NCBI RefSeq assembly: GCF_036321535.1
Contig: NC_087436.1
Location: 72,108,001 to 72,172,000, forward strand
Length of the DNA: 64,000 bases
Reading direction: 5' to 3'
Source of the DNA: Camelus dromedarius
Lineage: Eukaryota
A program made the translations under genes and the position numbers. Positions 27,261 through 38,235 of this stretch are shown here, piece by piece (position 1 is the stretch's first letter; each line of letters begins with the position of its first letter). The notes under the pieces were generated by a model, which was not told the origin of the DNA, did not search any database, and was given only the letters and a program-made list of their open reading frames with translations.

Positions 27261-30200
27261 CTGTAAAGTTGCAGATGTGGCCCAAAGGATTAGTTACTAT
27301 TAATAAAACTTTTCTTGATAGTTGACGTGATATTTTAGCTGGCACTAGAAGTCAGGGATATTTTGAACTGAAGAAGCACAAAGTGTAAATTGACAGTGAT
27401 GGACAGAAGAATCATTGCAGTGGCTTCTTAACTGGCTTCTTCTCTATTTGTATTCATAAAAAAATTAGCTAAGGTATCATTAAAGATAGCAAACATTACT
27501 ATGTAATTATATTGTCAAACTCATGACCTATGCTGAAGCAAGTCATAGCCAGCTTCAGAAGACGTGATTAAAGAATTTCAAAATCCTTACATTATTCCCT
27601 GAACTTGGAAAGAAAGACAGTTGAATGGAATTTATGAAAGAAAATAAAAATAGAATAAAATTTTTGTTCACAGGCAGTATATGTTAATTAAATAAGAAAT
27701 AATAATTGACAGTGTCTCAATTCAAAAATTGGCTAAACAAAATATTAGAACAATTGAAATACCTGAAAACATGATCTGGTAAAAGTCTCACTCTTGATTG
27801 CTGAAGTGAGAAATAGATCTATGAATTCCAATAGTTTTCTCTTTCTATTCCCATTAACCCTGATCCATTGCAAATTAAAATCTGGTAGGGCCCTTGTGAA
27901 TAACACCTGAATTATAAAGTCTTGGTTGATTTAAGGGTCTGAGGTGGTTTTCTCAAAATGTTTAAGAGAGGAATAATCAGAGGTCATGATTAGCAGAGAT
28001 GGAGAAGATTCTTGAAAAAAAGAAAAATTATAGGTCTAGAAGCCTAGGGGTCTTACTTTGGACATTCAGAATTATTTTGGTAGAACATGACAAACATGAC
28101 TTGAGGAGGAAGGTAGTTGTTACAAATCTATGTACTTTACTGGGAGGGTGAATCACACAGGGCTCTCCCTTCCTGGGGACAGAGATTATTGACTTAGATT
28201 GTGCATAAAACAAGATCATTTATTAATGTTTGGCTATTTATTTTGTAATTTTGTCCAGACAGTAGAGCTCAAGAGATAGGAAATTAGATAGGCCAGTAAT
28301 TAAATCATGGAAAAATAAACGATCCTGGAGGTACTAGGTAGGTCTAGGCTCCAACAGACTTTGGAGGCTCACCAGAGAAGGGAAAAGGCCAAGGAAGTAG
28401 AATTGGTCTGAGCAGGCAGCAGGGATCAGGAACCAGAGAAAGCAGAATAAGTCAGCACCAGTATTTGGGCAACGCTGAGAACAGAGAGGATCTGAGAGCA
28501 TCCATGGCTCACACCCCGCCCCCTGCTCTGTATCCTGCCTAGACATGGACTTGTCTGGACTGTCCAGTTGTCAGAATGAGGCCAGAGGATGGGAGGTGAA
28601 TCCAAGCCCAATTAACTCAAAAAAGCCAGTTATTTAAAGTACCTTCCTCAAGCATGGATTAATTAAATCATTACTTGTTTAAAAGTGGAAAACTTGGTCC
28701 ACTGTTTTGTACAGTCAAAAAAGATTTCATGAGTTCCTTCTCTGCGTTTGCTGTGTTAAGCCAGGAAGGGTAGCCTCTATCTGTATCTGCAGCCCCTTAT
28801 TCCTGAGGCCAATGGGTACAGGAAGTGGCAAAGTGGTCATAATTTTATAACAAACTTAAAAAATACAGGCGCTAACTTCCCTAGTCTCCAGCCAAAGAGA
28901 ATTTCCTCTGCCTTTGAGCTTTCACAGCAAAATATCTGCCCCTTTCTAATTACCTGCAGCTTTCTTTCCCTAATTATGTTTTATTTTACTTACTTTTACT
29001 TAATTTCCTTTAGAACAGGATGATTGCTTGTTTTATTTGTATATCTCCTAAAATGGATACATGTATGCAGGTATATAGATAAAACTTACATAAAATAATG
29101 ACTATCTGTATATTCAATATAGGGAGAGATGTACAAAAATGTTAAAGGTAAAACTGAGAGCTATGAAATTATAAGTGATAATCATTTCCTTTTGATTTCA
29201 TATGTACTTTCTAAATCATATACAGGGAACATATCTTACATAACACACACCATAAAAGTTACTAAAAAAAAAAGAGCAGAGAGTATTATATTAGATTAGC
29301 AAGTATGTATTTCAATTATGAAGTAAGATTATATTAAAGGCTGTACACATGGAGGTTTTAAAAAACTTATTATTTTGACCAGAAGAAGCAATAGAAAGTT
29401 ATGTATTTAGCTCTAAAACAAAGCTGCTTTCTGTAAGCTCTGGCCCAGAACCTTGGAGTAGAGAACAGTTATATACAATTATATCATTTCAAGGAAATGA
29501 GACAAAACATCTATAATTCTAACCATTATCCCATTCCTAGAAAACAGGAAAAGAATCAAGAAGAATATGGTTTCTGGGAAGCACTTGGCTCCATATTTTT
29601 TCTAAAGAATGTGCCTCATTTGCAGAGATGGTTAAAGTTGAGAGTTGGAGTACAAAAATGATCACTTTATTAAGTGATGTTGATTGCAGTTAGGAAATGT
29701 TTGTTTTGAGATACAAATACAAATGTATTACAGTGCTTGTATTTAAGACAGGACTAAACAGGATGCGGATGTGGATCAAACAACCAGACTTCTGTGTCAG
29801 TCCCACTGGGATCTAATTTGCAATGTCAAACCTTTAATGTTCTATTCATATTTACATGGCGTTAGTGCCATGTGCTTTATTCTCCCCAGAGTGCCCTCAG
29901 GGAGGTGAGAAATGCAGAAGCAGTAGGAAAGCAAGTTAGTTTTAAGTCACTTCAGGACCCGAGGCATCTTGGCCACCACTCAGTCTGGGAGGGAGCTGCT
30001 TGGTCTGCCAACGGCATCTTCTGGAAGTGCTGCTGTGGGACAGCTCGAGGATTCTCTGCTCCCCTGGGTTTCCAAGACAAAATTCTAAGGTTGATTTCAC
30101 AGGGACCATGGCTCATTTTTCCTGTTCATCTGTTGGCTGCGAAAGAATCAGCCCCTCCTCCTGTTGAGTTCCATCTACTAGACTCTGGGATGATGATGGA

Positions 30201-31225
30201 AAAGTTGCCCTTCAGCTATCTCAGCTACAAGACAACCCCATCATCTCTTAACAGAGAGACATCTTCATGTTCAACTACTGACGGCAGTGGCATTGGTTCT
30301 TTTGGTACCTGAGATGATGTTATGAAATGATGAAATCACTACATTTGATAGCTTTAAAAGACTGATTTTGACAACAGAACCTAAGCCTCTCTAACACTAG
30401 ACTTTAGTGCAAAGAGAATATTCAAAAGAAGTTTTCTCAGAGGTTGTACTTTCCATTGAACTTTATTTGACTATTTTTAAAAATCTAAACTTTTATATGA
30501 AGCCCATGTTATCTCTAACAATGCTAAATTCCCTGTCTGCACTGTAACCAAAAGTCTGTCCAAGTATATTGACTCTTATCACTAGATTTCTATTTCAGTG
30601 AAAAGTATAGGATGCTTCTTATTTTAGGAAGTTAAAACAAGTATCATGTTTGAAACCTTGAATTGCATGTTAAAAAGACATATGACGTTTATGTTATACT
30701 ATTTCAAATATAATTGAAGAAGCTAATTTTTTCTTAATCATTGCTGATTATTTCTCTCTCTCTCAGTTGACCCAAACATTTAATAGTGTATCACAAAATG
30801 TTGTAAGCATTAGAAATGGTAGAAAAACATTTGTATTCTAAAATGGACTTTAGGAAGACTAATACCTGGTTATGTGAGATTAACAAATAGGTTAATCTCA
30901 AATTAATCTCAAATATGGTTAATAGATTTATCTCAGTTGGGGCTACTGTTTGTTGTTTAAACATATACCTATTGAGAAATATAAAATCAAAAAACTTGGT
31001 TTAAGTTCTAAAAATATTTATTCAGCATAAAGGTATATTTCCTCTTTGAAAAGTGTTTAGTGAACTGGTTCTATAATTTATTCTAAATGGGCTGGGTTAT
31101 TTTATAAGTTTCTAGCTAAACTACACTAAACACAATCAAACCCCAGAGGACAGTAACATAGTAAAGTTCAGTTTGGTTGGCTGTAGAATCCTACCTACAA
31201 TTCTCCAGTCAATATCCAATTATAA

Positions 31226-31567
31226 AGATGGGAGAATGGGGAATTGGATGAAGGTAATCAAAAGGTAAGACTTCTAGTTATAAGATAAGCAAGTACTAGG
31301 GATGCAATGTACAAAATGATAAATGTAAGTAACACTGCTGTATGTTACATATGAAAGTTGTTAAGACAGCAAATTCTAAGAGTTCGCCTGACAAGGAAAA
31401 TTTTTTCTATTTCTTTAATTTTGTATCTATATGAGATGATGGATGTTCGCTAAAGATATTGTGATAATAATTTCATAATGCATGTAAGTCAAATTATTAT
31501 GCTAGACAGCTTAAACTTATACAGTGTCCTATGTCAATTATATCTTGATGAAACTGGAAGAAAAAAA
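31226..31567 (+). mobile_element. Old L1 (L1MB-like) 3' UTR end
   Basis: aaaggtaagacttctagttataagataa...tatgtcaattatatct...aaactggaagaaaaaaa. Confidence 0.75.
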
Positions 31568-33179
31568 CCAGTTCCTTCCAGCTCTAAAAAATATCCAAAT
31601 AACAAAGTCCATAAATTGGGGAATTTTGACTCTGTAATTTGAAAACAGAAACAATGATAATATTAAACTAGGATCAACTGCAAACCATTTAAGGTTTTAT
31701 CTAAAATAAAAAGATAAAATATCATCGATGGAAATACTTTGCTAGTCACACTTACTAAGTTTATCCCTTTCTCCAAGTTATCCACATTAATTAAACTATC
31801 AGCAACACTAACAAAAGTGTCCTTTAAATGAACTTTCATAAAGTAAGTTCACTTCCCTGTAATTTAAGAGATAAAGACCAATGAAACACAGGTATCATTC
31901 TTTTATGTTTCTTGTTCATAAACACAAATAAAAGTCTATATGACTTTAATACAAACAGTAAAATATGTGTTATAGTATAAGGACATAGACTAAACAATCT
32001 AATTTTATCAAAGTTATTCAAGGGCAATCTCTCTTATAAAACCCAAAATTGATGGGTTTCTCTGCAATTATAAAATTAGTTTCTTTTCAGAAAGAACAGA
32101 TTCACATAAATGTGACTTTTCCAAAGTAAAAATGAATGAGTAAAAAATAAGTTTGAATTTATGCCACCACATACTATGTTTGAAAAGTGGCCAGAAGCCA
32201 GATAATTTCATTGCTACTCAGAGGTAATGTTTTGTCCATTTGCCATTTGCTCACGTGTCCTGGACCCACTATCTGGAAACCAATCCATCTCCAGTTCCCC
32301 TATACAGTCTGGTCTGGTCTCACCAGCTCAGCTCACTGTCCCTGACACAGACCCTTTGGCGAGCTGCAAATTTCTTAATGCTGATTTGAGGCACTATTTG
32401 TAGAAGTGTTTAATTCTCATCAAAACCCTATTGGCCAATCCTGCTATGATACTTATTTTATAGATGACAAACTGAGGTTTGGCTAGATTAAGTAACTTGC
32501 TGAGGGACAAACAAGGAAGTGGCAAAGGCAGGATTTGAACCTGTGGTTCTCCTGCTTCAGAATTTATATCCTTAACTCATGGACTCCCATTTAATTATGA
32601 CTATTTTTTCATTGTTTGGTGCAGTCTTATCAGAAATCCTTTCCAAATTTTGTGTGGATGTAGGGGTGGGGTGCAGGGAAGTCTCTGTTGATTTGTGGAA
32701 AATAATAAAAGTGTAGCTGAACCCTCAATTAAAAAGACCTTTCAAGTCTGCTGATTGAATACAACACTCTAACCATAAGGATACTCAAAAAGGTGGGGAC
32801 GTCATTCAGGAGTCTAGTGTCTTGAGGTTACTCTGTAAGCACAATTCCAGGTAGAGACTTTACTGAGCTCTAGCTACCCCTGTTAGAAAAGGGAGGAGGG
32901 GCTGGCGGCCACACTTACCTCCAGGCCCTTCTTTCTTTCCCCTCCCCTCTCCCCACATGCTTACCTTGATCCGGAAAAGGTATAAGAAAGATCAAAAGGA
33001 AAAGTGTGTCCGGGTTTCGGTCTGCTCTGATACATGCACGCCTTCAAGTCTGGCTGCCTGTGGCTTCTGCTTTCTAATAATCTGCCCTTAACTTGACCTC
33101 GGGGAGTAGATTAGAGGGGTTCTTTTCCCTACCCCATTTTTCACCTGTTACTCACACTGCGAACAGGAGGGGAATTTTA

Positions 33180-33900
33180 ACCGTAGTTACTGCGCTGAAC
33201 CTGCTCCGGAGAGTTTGTTCCCCTTGCTCAGTCGCCAACTCTGAGCAGCGTCGGAGAGTCGGTGCTCGCTCACCTGTCCGGGAGGTGGAGGTGGAGGTGC
33301 CGGTGGAGGTGGGAGCCAAACGCGGGAGGAGGGGAGGCACACGGAGCCGGAGCGGCTCGGCTCTGCGCCTGGCAATGCCCCTCCGACGGATGATCATCGA
33401 GCCCAAGAAGCTGTTAATTATTACTCCTTTTCGCCACAGCAGGGAAGTGTTAGAAACCTGAGCCACTCCCTGAGCCTCAGTGCATGTTGGGAGTGTTTAC
33501 TTTCTTTCCTAGGAGCAGCTGATAGGAACACTCCTTTGCTCTCTGTCACACGTCTTGAGGACAAGTGAACTGACATTCTGGTTAACGCTTTACCCACTGA
33601 ATTGGACGGATTCTAATCGCTCCTCTCCGGTCTCTCCCGACTTGGGAGAATAGCCTGTAAGAAATGACACCAACCAGGACTGAGTGCCATTATTCACATC
33701 TTTCTTATTAACATTTTGTCTTTTAATTAGAAATTTCTTAATTGTTTCCCTCTTGTTCTTTTGCCACCTCCTTTCCCTACTGGTACCTTTCCCCCCACAG
33801 CAGTGGTCCCCACACCTTGGAGCGCCCCTGAGCCACCTGCGCGTGGTGTTAAACTCACATACCCACGGGCCCGGCCGCCTATGAGACTCCGATTTAGTAG
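33180..33900. promoter_or_regulatory. CpG-enriched promoter region of RASSF6 with HNF1-like site GTTAATTATTACT (33413-33425)
   Basis: Local CpG and GC enrichment relative to the AT-rich, CpG-poor flanks; GGAGG/GGGAGG tracts; contains the exon-1 donor. Confidence 0.7.
33274..33400 (-). other. RASSF6: RASSF6 putative non-coding exon 1 (5' boundary uncertain)
   Basis: Strong donor GGACAG|GTGAGC at 33274 inside the only CpG-dense patch of the window. The exon end (cacctcccggacag, H-L-P-D) resembles the recalled human exon-1 end encoding D-L-P-Y-R. Confidence 0.75.
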
Positions 33901-34099
33901 GTTTGGGATAAGGGGTGGGCATTTTTTTTTTTTTCTTTTTCACAAGTGCCACCGAAGAATCTAGTAGACCTCAAAATTTGAAATCTATTGTAACAAAAGT
34001 ATACAAGAGAAATGAATAGTAATTTAGTCACTACATACTGAACTGGATGTGGGGATTTTGCTTGTCCTCAATGCCTCCAATTTTAAAAAGTCCAGTTAA

Positions 34100-34346
34100 C
34101 TAGACTTTATGGTGATCATTTTGCAATACATGCAAGTATTGAATCATTATGTCAGGCACCTGAAACTGATGTAATGTGTCTCTTAAACCTCAATTAAAAA
34201 GAAAGCACAGGGAACTATATCCAATACCTTGTAATAGCCTATTATGAATATGAAAAGGAATTATATGTATGTATACCTGAATCACTATGATACACGCCAG
34301 AAATTAACACAACATTGTAAATCAGTTATAATTCAATTAAAAAAAG
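34100..34346 (+). mobile_element. Two stacked short L1 3' ends (older 34100-34200; younger 34204-34346)
   Basis: Two successive L1 termini ending ctcaattaaaaa and ttcaattaaaaaaa; the second begins agcacagggaactatatccaatacc. Confidence 0.75.
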
Positions 34347-34516
34347 GAATGGATAAAAGAACTGACAATTTAAAAAAAGAAAAGAGCTACCTCTTTGAAA
34401 ACTACCAAAGGCCAAAGCTTTTTGTTTTTATTTAAAATTAATAAAATCAATCCCCAAAGAAGGAACCAGAGACTCAGAGACACTCAGATGACACATGCTG
34501 TGGAAGCAGTGCTTTT

Positions 34517-34520
<4 letters not shown>

Positions 34521-34547
<27 letters not shown>
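34521..34547 (+). repeat. (AC)13 microsatellite, ~1.1 kb upstream of RASSF6 exon 1
   Basis: Read directly. Confidence 0.95.
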
Positions 34548-35919
34548 TGCACCTTTTGGTATCAGTGGTACTTTACCTGTTTCCTATGTAAAGTAAACAT
34601 GATAATTTTTAAAAAGGTTATTTTTACAATAAAAGCCTCAGAGCCATCAAAAGGAATTAAATTTAATTCCTACAATGAGTTCTGTAAGCAGAGTTAATTT
34701 CTGGTGTCCTTCGTGTTCAAATGTCAAATTAACAGACTGACCATCACTCTAGATGTGCAGGTTACCTGTTTGATATAGTACTTTAAGGATTCTGTATGTT
34801 TGAAAGGTCAGATGGTTTATCTAGTTAACTTGTGGTGTGTGTGTGAAGACCAGGAATGATCAGATTTGTCTTTTGGGGGGCTATTTTAATAACCTGAACA
34901 AAATCAGGAAAATGGGCTTATTGGACCCCAGAGATTCTACACCACCATGTATGAGGACAGTATGACTTGATATTACCTGTGGGTAGTAATTTGATTGCCA
35001 TGTTGGCCCCCCAGCCCCCTAGAGTGCAACCGCTGGTTCAGACTGACCCTTGAATGATGACTAACAGGACCTGCAGAGTCTACATCTCCTAGGCTCCAGA
35101 ATGTCTTTGTTCAAATCCATGCTCCACCCCCATTGTCTGCATTGTTTATTCTCAGTATCTGGGCAACTTTGTTTTGCCTTTTTAATCTGCAAGCATCCTT
35201 GAAGTCTTTATTTTGATTATTAGCTTCCAACTGGTTTCCTTTGGTTAGTTTCAGTAATTCCTTTTGCTTTGGAGTATTTAACCTTTTGTAAATTTGTAAT
35301 TTTTATTTTGTAATGTAAAAACACATAATTACACATATGCAATGTGGAAAATTTGAAAAACATAGACATGGAGATGAATAAAATCATCTACAACTCCGTC
35401 TCTCAAATATAGTTATCAAGAACAATTTGGTAAAAGTCTTTATTGACATGGTTTCTCTATGGATATTTACCAAAATGCTATTATATTTGGCTTATTGTTT
35501 TACAACCTGCTTTCATCACATAAAACATATTATGAACAATTTACCACATGTCCAGTCAGTGTTTTTTTCTTTTTTGCAATGTGATCTTAATTAGCTGTAC
35601 TGTATTATACCATATGGATTATACCATTATTTATTTAATGTTCCTTAATCTGAAAATTGTATTACTATAAACAATGCTGCAGTGAAAGTTTATATGTAAT
35701 TGCACACAACCGCAATTATGCCTTTTAGACACTTTTCAACAAGTGAACTTGCCAGGTTAAATGAATGTATATTTTTTAAAGAATTTCTCTCAAAAAAAAG
35801 TGTCAATTTTATACTCCTGGAGTAACTCCTGAATTATTTTTCTTCTTTTAAATATTTACTAATCTGAGGGATAAAAAAATAATATTCTATAAATATGTAT
35901 ATTATTCATTACCTCTAAG

Positions 35920-36121
35920 ATTTTATTTTTATTTATTTATTTATTTATTTATGTATGTATGTATGTATGTATGTATGTATGTATGTATTTACATTGTCTT
36001 TTTTTTGGGTTGGGGATAAGGTTTACTTTTATTTATTTATTTTTAACTGAGGTATTGGGAATTGAACCCAGGACCTCATGCATGCTAAGCATGTACTTTA
36101 CCACTGAGCTATACCCTCCCC
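35920..36121 (-). mobile_element. tRNA-Ala-derived camelid SINE (Vic-1 type) with (TTTA)n/(TATG)n microsatellite tail
   Basis: Reverse complement reads ggggagggtatagctcagtggtaaagtacatgcttagcatgcatgaggtcctgggttcaattcccaatacctc, with A and B boxes and an AT-rich tail. Confidence 0.9.
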
Positions 36122-36459
36122 ACTGAACTCTTTGATTTGATCCTATATTTTTGCTTTTTGTTTATGTACTCTTTGTTCATCTTTTCTGTATTGGTTTATA
36201 AAATCTCTTTATATATTTATCACATCAACATTTTGTCATATATGCTGTGACTGTATTTCCCAGTATTGTTTGCCTTTTAATTTTATTTATGATAGACTTT
36301 TGACCTACAAAAGTTAAAAAATTTAAATAGTCAATCCATTACTATTTTCTTTATCACTTACACCCCAATGTTAAAAAGTTTTCCCATCCTTAAAGTATAT
36401 ATATATATATTTTTTTCTTTTTCTTCTTCTAGTTTGTTTATTTAGTCTCTGCATCTCCA

Positions 36460-37250
36460 CTGTCCCCTAGATTGGACCCGCATCACTTCTTGTGCAGATG
36501 CTACAAATGGCCCCCTAACTGGTCTCTGCCTCCACTCTTGTCCCACTATAGTCCACTCTCCACCTGTAGCCAGTCTCATCTGCTATAAACAAAAATCAGA
36601 TCACAGTCCCACCTCTGACGTCCTTTGCCAAAAACCTTCCTGCTAGTCCTCCTCTGCATTTACGATGAAATCTAAACCTGAGCTCCTTCCCATGGCCCCT
36701 GAGGCCCACGTGACCTTGCTCTTCCTATCTCTGTGACCTTTCCAATTCTCAGTTTGTGGAGGACTGACTCTCTACTTGCTGCCTGGCTTTGAGTTTTGTT
36801 CCTGGAACAGACCAACCTGGTTCCTCCCTCCTTGCCTTTGCACTTGGTATTGTTTCTGCCAAGAAAGCTCAGCTCTTGTCACAGCTGCTTTCTTTTCATT
36901 TTTCTGTTTTTTTTTCCTCAAATGTTACCTCCTCAGAGAGGCCTCCCATGACCGTTCTATTTAAATAAGTCTCCCAGTCTTTTGCTATCACAGTCCCATG
37001 TTTTATTTAATTAGTAATTTTATTGCATTAATGATAATTAATAATTATCATTATCTGAATGCGTTTTATTGTTTTGTTTATTATTGACAGTATATTTATT
37101 ATTTTGGGTGATCTGTTTATGTTACATCTCCTCTTATTAAAACATAAGCTCTAAGAGAACAGAAAGCGTGACCACTAGGCTTACGGCTCTGTCCTCAGTG
37201 CCTGGAACACTGACAGGCCCATGTCAGAGGCTTAAAAAACATCAGTTCAT
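36460..37250 (+). mobile_element. L2 3' fragment
   Basis: cctaactggtctctgcctccactcttg...ctcaaatgttacctcctcagagaggcctccc...taagctctaagagaacag. Confidence 0.7.
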
Positions 37251-37425
37251 AAGCAAATGATGGTGGCTTACTAAATATGTGTTGAGTAAATAAATATAAA
37301 CCATACTTTTCCCTGACTTGAAGTGACACTTTTATCTAGTACTAAGGGCATATATATTTTTGAACATGAGTCTAGAATTTATATTTTGCCCCATTGACCT
37401 ATGTAGGTACACTGGCATTGGTTCC

Positions 37426-37509
37426 ATAATAATATAATAATAATGATAATAATAATAATATAATAATAATAACAACAACAACAACAATAATAATAATATA
37501 ATAATATAA
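37426..37509 (+). repeat. Compound (AAT)n/(AAC)n microsatellite
   Basis: Read directly. Confidence 0.9.
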
Positions 37510-37789
37510 GAGCTTTATAGTACAGCTTAGTATCTGGCAGAATAACTCAATCATCATTTTTCTCTAACATTTTCTGGGTTATTCTGGCCTTGTGATACAT
37601 AAATAGCTGCTCACTATGGAATATTAAGGATTTAGTTTCTATTTAGTGAATTTGCCATTTACCATTGCCACTGGCCATTCTGCTAGACCAGCAGGCTAAT
37701 CCATATCAGCTACTGATGACTTCTGGTCCTGGAGATAAAGGATCCCAACAGTAGATATTTTTCTCATTTGATGCCCTCTTTTAAGGCAT

Positions 37790-38235
37790 TGAAGTGAGTA
37801 ATAGCTCTGATTTGTTCCTGTCTCTCTCTATCCCTTGGAAGGACTTTCCTACACTGGTTTTGGGCTTGGCCATACAACTTGCTCTGGTCAGTGGGTTGGT
37901 ACCCAATGTCATAAACAGACGTTTGAAAACTTGTGCTCTAGGACTTACACTCATGTTGCTTTTGGGCCCTGCACAACATATGAACAAGCCTGGGCCAGCC
38001 TGTAGGATGACGAGACACGCTTGGCTCAGCTGCTTCAATATCCCAGCTGATAGCTGATACGCTAAACTGTGGCTGACTGAGGACCCAGAAAGGAGTCCAG
38101 GTGGGAGCAGCAGAACTGCCAAGCCGAGCTCAGCCCAAAGTGCCAACCCACAGAACTGTGAGCTGCGTCGATGGCTGTTGTGTTAAAGCCACTAAGTTTT
38201 GGGGTGGAGTTTTTGAGCACAGGCTAACAGATCCA
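37790..38235 (+). mobile_element. MaLR solo LTR (MLT1G/H-like)
   Basis: gggcttggccatacaacttgctctggtcag...cccacagaactgtgagc...ttaaagccactaagttttggggtgg...gctaacagatcca. Confidence 0.75.

Larger units (their letters stand above)
1..33400 (-). other. RASSF6: RASSF6 gene, 5' part (exon 1 to intron 4); 3' exons outside the window; TSS approximate
   Basis: Three coding exons with canonical AG/GT ends and compatible phases translate to a peptide matching my recollection of the human RASSF6 N-terminus ([36 protein letters not shown]...[30 protein letters not shown]). Confidence 0.96.

Noticed and set aside
29872..30312. 146-aa ORF in intron 1
   Set aside because: Non-ATG start, no recognisable homology or exon structure; probably a chance ORF in old repeat-derived DNA.
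33093..33466. Overlapping 122-aa (+) and 104-aa (-) ORFs at the promoter
   Set aside because: Expected stop-codon scarcity in GC-rich DNA. They have low-complexity translations, appear to use non-ATG starts, and run through a splice donor.
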